A DNA stretch of 32,000 bases from positions 2,940,001-2,972,000 of the forward strand of contig NZ_CP021983.2 in assembly GCF_002075285.3 (NCBI RefSeq), read 5' to 3'. A model generated the notes under the pieces. The model searched no databases and was not told the DNA's origin. It was given only the letters and a program-made list of their open reading frames with translations. Below, piece after piece: positions 26,600-32,000 of this stretch. Every line of letters starts with the position of its first letter. Position 1 is the stretch's first letter. This DNA is from Halomicronema hongdechloris C2206. Lineage in GTDB: Bacteria; Cyanobacteriota; Cyanobacteriia; Phormidesmidales; Phormidesmidaceae. Both the position numbers and the translations under genes were made by a program.

Positions 26600-27415
26600 G
26601 TGTCCATGGCTTTCATCGTCGCGACCTTCTACAAATTTGTACCTTTATCAAATACGCAGGAATTGCGATCGCACCTCCTGTCTTGGGGCCAAGCCCTTAA
26701 CCTGCGCGGCACCATTTGCTTAGCCCCCGAGGGCATCAATGGCACCCTAGCCGGAGACCAGCCTGCCATCGACCAGATGCTGCATCAGCTACGGCAGCAT
26801 CCTGTCCTAGCAGACATCACCCCGCGGACAGCTACAACCCCTACCCTGCCCTTTGAGCGGTTCAAAGTGAAGCTAAAGCCAGAAATCGTCACCCTAGGGC
26901 GACCCGAGGTCAATCCTATCCAGCAAGTGGGCACCTATGTCTCTCCCCAAGACTGGAACGCCCTGATCAGCGATCCCGAGGTGCTAGTGCTCGACACCCG
27001 CAACCACTATGAAGTCAGCATTGGTAGTTTTCAGGGGGCAATTAACCCTGCAACCGATCGTTTTCGCGAGTTTCCTGCCTACGTTGCCCAACTCAACCCC
27101 ACCGTCCATAAACGCGTGGCCATGTTTTGTACCGGCGGTATCCGCTGCGAAAAAGCCTCTGCCTACCTGCTACAACAGGGATTTGAACAGGTCTATCACC
27201 TGCAAGGGGGTATCCTCAACTACCTAGAGACCATCCCAGAAACCGAGAGCCTGTGGCAAGGGGAATGCTTCGTCTTCGATGACCGCGTCGCCGTGGGCCA
27301 TGGATTACAGCCTGGTATCCACCAGATGTGCCAGGGCTGCGGTCATCCCGTTAGTCCTGAGGACCAGGCCTCGCCTCAATACCTGCCAGGTCACTGGTGT
27401 CCCCACTGCTTGTGA
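26600..27415 (+). CDS. trhO: Rhodanese-domain protein UPF0176 / tRNA U34 hydroxylase TrhO
   Basis: The N-terminal YKF..L segment is followed by a rhodanese domain with active-site loop FCTGGIRCEKA and a C-terminal Cys cluster (CQGCGHP ... CPHC). Start is GTG 26600 or ATG 26606. Confidence 0.85.
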   Translation: MSMAFIVATFYKFVPLSNTQELRSHLLSWGQALNLRGTICLAPEGINGTLAGDQPAIDQMLHQLRQHPVLADITPRTATTPTLPFERFKVKLKPEIVTLGRPEVNPIQQVGTYVSPQDWNALISDPEVLVLDTRNHYEVSIGSFQGAINPATDRFREFPAYVAQLNPTVHKRVAMFCTGGIRCEKASAYLLQQGFEQVYHLQGGILNYLETIPETESLWQGECFVFDDRVAVGHGLQPGIHQMCQGCGHPVSPEDQASPQYLPGHWCPHCL

Positions 27416-27432
27416 TGAGCGTAGCCGAACTA

Positions 27433-28113
27433 CTATCGCTTCAAGGCCAAGGTCAGTCCGTCGGCAATGGGCACTAAGCTTAAGTCAACCCGATCGTCTT
27501 CGTAAAGGGCTTGATTAAAGGCCCGAATCGCTTCAGTCTGAGCATCTTTCACCGTATCATCTGCCACACGCCCCGACCAGAGCACGTTATCGATGGTCAT
27601 CAGCCCCCCGGGTCGCAACAGCTGCAAAGTGCGCTCATAGTAGGCCAAATAATTACGCTTGTCGGCATCAATGAAGGCAAAATCAAAGCGTGTCCCTTCA
27701 ACCAGCAGCTGATCTAAGGTCTCCAGGGCTGGTGCCAAGCGCAGGTCAATCTTGTCGGCCACCCCGGCTTGCTGCCAATGGCGGCGGGCGATAGCCGTGT
27801 AGTCTTCACTGATATCACAGGCCACGAGCTTACCCTCTGGGGGCAGGGCCAAGGCCACAGCCAAGGCGCTATAGCCGGTGAATACACCCACCTCCAGGGT
27901 CCATTTGGCCCCCATCAGTCGCACCAGCAGAGCCATAAACTGCCCCTGCTCAGGGGAGATTTGCATCTGGGCCATGGGCTGGTTGGCTGTTTCCTGCCGC
28001 AGCCGGGCCAGGCTTTCCGGTTCTCGCAGGGAATGGTCTAACAGGTAAGTGTATAACGACTCATCTAAATTCAGGGTCTTGCGGGTCATGGGGAATGTGC
28101 AGTGCTCCTGCAT
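27433..28113 (-). CDS. Class I SAM-dependent O-methyltransferase (caffeoyl-CoA OMT-like, Methyltransf_3)
   Basis: Contains LEVGVFTGYSAL (SAM motif I), FDFAFIDADKRNY and GGLMTIDNVLWSG. The true start is possibly the internal Met at 28089. Confidence 0.85.
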   Translation of the reverse strand: MQEHCTFPMTRKTLNLDESLYTYLLDHSLREPESLARLRQETANQPMAQMQISPEQGQFMALLVRLMGAKWTLEVGVFTGYSALAVALALPPEGKLVACDISEDYTAIARRHWQQAGVADKIDLRLAPALETLDQLLVEGTRFDFAFIDADKRNYLAYYERTLQLLRPGGLMTIDNVLWSGRVADDTVKDAQTEAIRAFNQALYEDDRVDLSLVPIADGLTLALKR

Positions 28114-28420
28114 GCATTATCGTCCGATTTACCTGCTATACCTAGAAACGAGTCCGTAATACCGAGTTCAGCCCCAGCTCGATCGGTTTTCCCTCTAGGT
28201 AACCCTTCGAATCTAGACTTAGACAAGTTTTACGGAATTCCTGGTTGCCAGGGTGTGGCAGATAATGGGTAGGTCACCGCTAACCCGGCGTGGCCGGTGG
28301 CCATAGCCAACATCATCACCCGTGAAGGCAATTCAGTGCCAGGTAGCCCCTAGCTTTAGGCGCCTCGTGCAGGCTGCCTACGCTATCCAGTTACATATGA
28401 TCACCCTGGGAGGTAGCTCC

Positions 28421-28612
28421 ATGTCTGAGAGCTCTGTAGTCCAGATTTCAGCGGTTACAGGCTGGATCATCGGCATCAGCCATGTCAAAGATAGCGGTTA
28501 CCAGTGCTGGGTAATCAATCCCGATCTCGATGTGCTCAGCGATGGTACCCTCTACAGCACTAGCAGTGCCGCCATGTCAGCCGGAAGAGCGTTTGTAGAA
28601 CGCTTCAGTTAG
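28421..28612 (+). CDS. Small hypothetical protein (63 aa)
   Basis: GGGAGG lies 6-11 nt upstream of ATG 28421. The track ORF 28322..28612 begins at a non-ATG codon with no RBS. I recognise no family. Confidence 0.4.
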   Translation: MSESSVVQISAVTGWIIGISHVKDSGYQCWVINPDLDVLSDGTLYSTSSAAMSAGRAFVERFS

Positions 28613-28979
28613 GGGCCTGGGCCAGAAACTCCGGCACCGGCAGCAGATGAGTATAGAGCAGCGCTGCCACCACCAGCGTGTAGGCGGTAGAACTCCCCAG
28701 GCTAATCAGCAGATCACGGCGCCAGTTGGCCTGACGTTGGCTGAAGAAGAGATCGACAGCGCCCCATTGCATCATCACAATGCCCAACACATTGGAGAGC
28801 CAGTAGCCCACTACCGTAGCTGCCCAGAACCAGTCAGGCTGTCCCCAGGTGACGACATAGGCAAAGCCATAGGCAATCGGCAGGTTAAAAAATAAGTCAT
28901 TCCACCAAGACAAGGGCGAGAGCATATAGCCCACCCCCATGACGAGGCTGCCTTTGAGTCTTTTCAACACGAACGACAC
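28605..28979 (-). CDS. Hypothetical integral membrane protein (124 aa, about 4 TM)
   Basis: Hydrophobic segments and the motif SPLSWWNDLFFNLPIAYGFAY are present. The start overlaps the stop of the upstream SRPBCC gene by 16 nt, suggesting an operon. Confidence 0.55.
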   Translation of the reverse strand: MSFVLKRLKGSLVMGVGYMLSPLSWWNDLFFNLPIAYGFAYVVTWGQPDWFWAATVVGYWLSNVLGIVMMQWGAVDLFFSQRQANWRRDLLISLGSSTAYTLVVAALLYTHLLPVPEFLAQAPN

Positions 28980-29557
28980 AGTACCCGTCGCATCTGTTCC
29001 ATATTGCCAGGTAAATCGTGACGCATGGCTTGCTCTACCAAAAAACCGGGCACTGGAATCAGGGGAGTGGCCTGAACTGAATAGGTCAGCAGGGTGCCTC
29101 CTTGACAGTCTTGCAAGGTCAGATCAGCGGCGAAGTCGGTGAAGCTGCCCCGTTCAAACCGAAATTGAATGCGCCGGTGCAGGGTTTCGAAGACGTTTAG
29201 ATAGATTTCCACTTGGGCGTTCATCATCAAGAAGGCTTTGCGGCCCACTTGGTAGAGGCGACGGCAGCCCTGGCTGCCACGATGATGGCTGGCTAGGAGC
29301 TCGCTGTGGACAATGTTGGGGAAATACTGGGTCCAGCGGCTGTAGTGGGTTAATTGCTCCCACAGATGCGATCGCATCAAAGGCACATACATTTGAGCCG
29401 TCACCGCCTTGCCAGCTTCGGTATAGCCATATGTATCTACCACAATCTGCCCCCTTAGTAGCGCCTGTAGACAATGATCACTGGGATGAGGCACATCAAC
29501 CAGTAGATGGGGGGGACGCTCTAAAGCCAGTACCATAGGCGAGGTCACTCCAGACAA
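28964..29557 (-). CDS. SRPBCC-superfamily (polyketide cyclase/dehydrase-like) protein
   Basis: Size and motifs fit (W..L..YSRWTQYFPNI, then alternating beta-like segments and a C-terminal helix). Start is TTG 29557 or ATG 29536. Confidence 0.6.
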   Translation of the reverse strand: MSGVTSPMVLALERPPHLLVDVPHPSDHCLQALLRGQIVVDTYGYTEAGKAVTAQMYVPLMRSHLWEQLTHYSRWTQYFPNIVHSELLASHHRGSQGCRRLYQVGRKAFLMMNAQVEIYLNVFETLHRRIQFRFERGSFTDFAADLTLQDCQGGTLLTYSVQATPLIPVPGFLVEQAMRHDLPGNMEQMRRVLCRSC

Positions 29558-29764
29558 TTCAGGGTGGGGAAAGGCATATTCCCGCTTGACTACTGGCTAT
29601 TATGGCTAGTCCATGTGGCAAAACTATGAGCTAACCGCCCTCTGGCCGTAAAGCTTCCGTGAATTCTACGACATTCTTAGGAATTCAGGGCCTATGCCAC
29701 AATAGGGATGCTGCTCACCACGGTGGGTTGCCACCTGTTTAGGGTCCCCTTTGTCATATCCCCG

Positions 29765-29941
29765 ATGTCATCGCGCCGTCCTGAAACCCAACTCTTCATC
29801 GTCCTAGCAGTGCTCACCCTAGCCGTGTGGGTTCTGCGTGGCCTCACTATTTTGGCCTTCTTGCCTGGCATTATTCTGTGGCTGCTGCTACTGACCTCCA
29901 TCGCTACTGGCATCGTCAGCAGTTGGCGGTCCATGCACTAA
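29765..29941 (+). CDS. Small 2-TM membrane protein (58 aa)
   Basis: The sequence is MSSRRPETQLFIVLAVLTLAVWVLRGLTILAFLPGIILWLLLLTSIATGIVSSWRSMH. It has positive-inside charges and two clear TM helices. It is the inner ATG of track ORF 29708..29941. Confidence 0.4.
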   Translation: MSSRRPETQLFIVLAVLTLAVWVLRGLTILAFLPGIILWLLLLTSIATGIVSSWRSMH

Positions 29942-29973
29942 GGAGCCTATGGATCAAAGAGCTCATACATAAG

Positions 29974-30993
29974 TCATGGCGACCATCGCTTAGGGCTAGC
30001 ACCATCCTCTCGGCGACGAATCGTAAACGACTCAAAGGACGGAGGAGCCACCGGCAACCCAGGCCCCTGAGGTCGTAGGCCTCGGCGAACAGCACGCTGC
30101 CGCAAATCATCGCCCACAGTTACATTCAACTGATCCCCCATGAGCATGCTCAGGGAGCCCAAATAGAGCCAAAGCAGCAACACAATCACTGCTCCCACCG
30201 CTCCATAGACCCGATTGAAGTGACCGAAGTGGGCCCCATAGAGGCGAAAGCCCATGGACAGTCCAGCCCAGGCTAGAGCCGCCAATACTGCCCCTGGCAC
30301 CAGCGGCTTACCCGGTTGCCAACGACTGGGGCCGAAGCGATAGATCAGTACAAATGCTGCCGCCACAATGGCCAGGGCCAAGGGCCAGCTTAACCACCGC
30401 CACAGGTGCAGCAATCCCAGACTAATCATCGGGCCTCCCTGGGCAGCCACCCGATGCACCAACCAGTTACTAACGAATACCAAGGCACAGGCCACCAGTA
30501 GCAAGAGCAGCGTTCCTAGGGTTAATCCCAGGGACACTAACTTGGCTTTCCAGAAGGGTCGAGATTGCCCTCGAGGCACTTCATGAATTTCATCCAGGGC
30601 TCGCATGGCAGCACTAACGGCTCCTGAGGCAGCCCACAGCGAGAAGCCAAAGCTCAGAGAAAACAGTCGGCTGCTATTGCCCTGGTTCACCTCCTGGGTG
30701 AAGTTGCGAATTACCGTCAGGGCCTCTACTGGAGTCACATCACTGAGGCGACTCGCCAGTTGCATCAGAGTCGCCTCCAAGGAGGCCACCAGGCCGATGG
30801 CCGTCAGCAGGGCCAAAATCCCCGGAAACAGGCCCAGAATGGCGTTGTAGGCCATCTCCGAGGCCAAACTAGGCAACCGCTGCTCCCCCGTACGCCGGAC
30901 TACCTCCCGGAGGGTCTTCGGGGTTAAGAGACAGCGCAAGAATCGAATAAATGCACGAACCGATAAGGCTCGTCTAATGCGACGCATGGGCAT
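29974..30993 (-). CDS. YihY/BrkB (virulence factor BrkB / former RNase BN) family membrane protein
   Basis: 339 aa with about 6 TM helices. Family-typical segments are LASEMAYNAILGLFP and YGAVGAVIVLLLWLYL. There is a basic C-terminal extension. Confidence 0.8.
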   Translation of the reverse strand: MPMRRIRRALSVRAFIRFLRCLLTPKTLREVVRRTGEQRLPSLASEMAYNAILGLFPGILALLTAIGLVASLEATLMQLASRLSDVTPVEALTVIRNFTQEVNQGNSSRLFSLSFGFSLWAASGAVSAAMRALDEIHEVPRGQSRPFWKAKLVSLGLTLGTLLLLLVACALVFVSNWLVHRVAAQGGPMISLGLLHLWRWLSWPLALAIVAAAFVLIYRFGPSRWQPGKPLVPGAVLAALAWAGLSMGFRLYGAHFGHFNRVYGAVGAVIVLLLWLYLGSLSMLMGDQLNVTVGDDLRQRAVRRGLRPQGPGLPVAPPSFESFTIRRREDGASPKRWSP

Positions 30994-31106
30994 AGCACAC
31001 CGGCTCCATTACCCGTCACCTCACGAATCAACAGGCCATTGGCACCGGCAGCCAGTGCCATTTGCTCTGAGTGTAACCTTGTCCCAAACCACTGCCCTCA
31101 CCCCCC

Positions 31107-32000
31107 TCAGGCCCGATACACCGGTAAAGTGAAGTGGAAGTAACTACCTTCATTCACTACAGAGTCCACCCAAATTTGCCCGTAATGGGCCCGCAGGATG
31201 CGTTGGCAGAGAGCCAATCCCAAGCCATAGCCATCCTGACTCTCATCCCGCTGCAGTCGGAATCGTTCTTCGAATATGTTGTCTCGATTTTCCTCTGGAA
31301 TTCCAGGACCACTGTCATGAATGGTCACTTGCACTTTTTGGTTCGTTCGGTGCAGCGCCATAACTTCAACAGTGCCTTTCAAGGGCGTGTACTTGATGGC
31401 ATTATCCAGCAAGTTCAGGATCACCCGCCGGATTTGACTGCCATCGGCATAGACATGGGGTAAGTCTTGGGGAATGTCGATTTGCACCCGTTGTTGTTTT
31501 TCCCGGATGCGATTCTTCATGGCCCCCAACACGTCGAAACAGAGCGCTTTTAAATCCATATCCTGGGGTTGGATTTGCAGCTCTGCCGAGGCCCCCCTCG
31601 CAGTTTGCAGGATATCGGTAATCATGCGATCGATCGCCCGAATCTGGGTCTTAACATGTTTCAGCAACTGGTTAGTCAGTTCAGGAGAGAGCTTGGTTGT
31701 GCCTTCCTGCTGATGGCCATATCCCATTTCCAGGGTTTCGACGGCAATGGATGCTGCCGTTAGGGGGTTGCGTAGGTCGTGAGCCATCATGGCAATAATG
31801 CGATTTTTGAAGCGCAGTTGAGCTTCTAGCTCTTCTTTGACCTGATTCAGCCGAAAGATATCGTCGGAGAGTTTCATCAACTCGGCGGAGTGGGCAATGG
31901 AATCATTGGGATCATAGAAAACTAACTCATCCCCAGAGGCTCCATCAGCAGCCGGGGCCACCTGGGCCTGGGCGTTTTGATGCCAACGGGGCCACCAGTG
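31107..32000 (-). CDS. Sensor histidine kinase (HisKA + HATPase_c), 5' end outside window; possibly SasA/Hik8-type
   Basis: Contains H-box AMMAHDLRNPLTA, N-box LLDNAIKYT, G1 DSGPGIP and G2 GYGLGLA. The frame stays open upstream of the track start (31961) to the window edge. The segment before the H-box resembles the SasA linker, but that assignment is tentative. Confidence 0.85.
   Translation of the reverse strand, partial: HWWPRWHQNAQAQVAPAADGASGDELVFYDPNDSIAHSAELMKLSDDIFRLNQVKEELEAQLRFKNRIIAMMAHDLRNPLTAASIAVETLEMGYGHQQEGTTKLSPELTNQLLKHVKTQIRAIDRMITDILQTARGASAELQIQPQDMDLKALCFDVLGAMKNRIREKQQRVQIDIPQDLPHVYADGSQIRRVILNLLDNAIKYTPLKGTVEVMALHRTNQKVQVTIHDSGPGIPEENRDNIFEERFRLQRDESQDGYGLGLALCQRILRAHYGQIWVDSVVNEGSYFHFTLPVYRA

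Overview
Moderately GC-rich chromosomal segment that I assign to a cyanobacterium. By eye I count 16 exact copies of the HIP1 palindrome GCGATCGC, there are STRR-like 7/8-nt tandem arrays, and the gene set is typically cyanobacterial. About 30 protein genes are present. I recognise no rRNA, tRNA, CRISPR array, cas gene, transposase, integrase or reverse transcriptase.

Gene content, left to right:
- A tripartite exporter operon: ABC ATPase, a 787-aa double-FtsX permease and a HlyD adaptor. A repeat-filled spacer separates the ATPase and permease.
- A 53-aa ORF with a strong RBS, then a membrane-anchored SNase-fold nuclease.
- An MFS transporter, LarB, an LpxB-related protein and a prolyl oligopeptidase.
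- A Hanks-type Ser/Thr kinase with a Gly-rich multi-TM tail, divergent from a wza/wzc-like polysaccharide export pair.
- A HAD phosphatase.
- A signal-less M15A peptidase with four internal repeats, a DUF4231/SLATT-like 2-TM protein and a second, cytosolic SNase-fold nuclease.
- SDR and MBL-fold hydrolase genes.
- An 880-nt non-coding stretch made of two structured tandem units plus a composite 7/8-nt microsatellite.
- A membrane/low-complexity protein coupled to an HDAC-family enzyme.
- TrhO, an O-methyltransferase, an SRPBCC protein, small membrane proteins, YihY/BrkB and a partial SasA-like histidine kinase.

The best candidate for an undescribed system is the M15A peptidase / DUF4231 2-TM protein / SNase cluster at about 19.2-22.0 kb. 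This rests on gene adjacency and domain logic only.

Secondary candidates are the structured tandem elements at 24.08-24.43 kb, the G-quadruplex-capable octamer array inside the exporter operon, and the RBS-bearing 53-aa ORF.

Major caveat: the first ~9.8 kb carries at least 17 frame-breaking indels, mostly in homopolymer runs and often in compensating pairs. I see none in the remaining 22 kb. Sequencing or assembly error is the most likely cause, rather than real pseudogenes.
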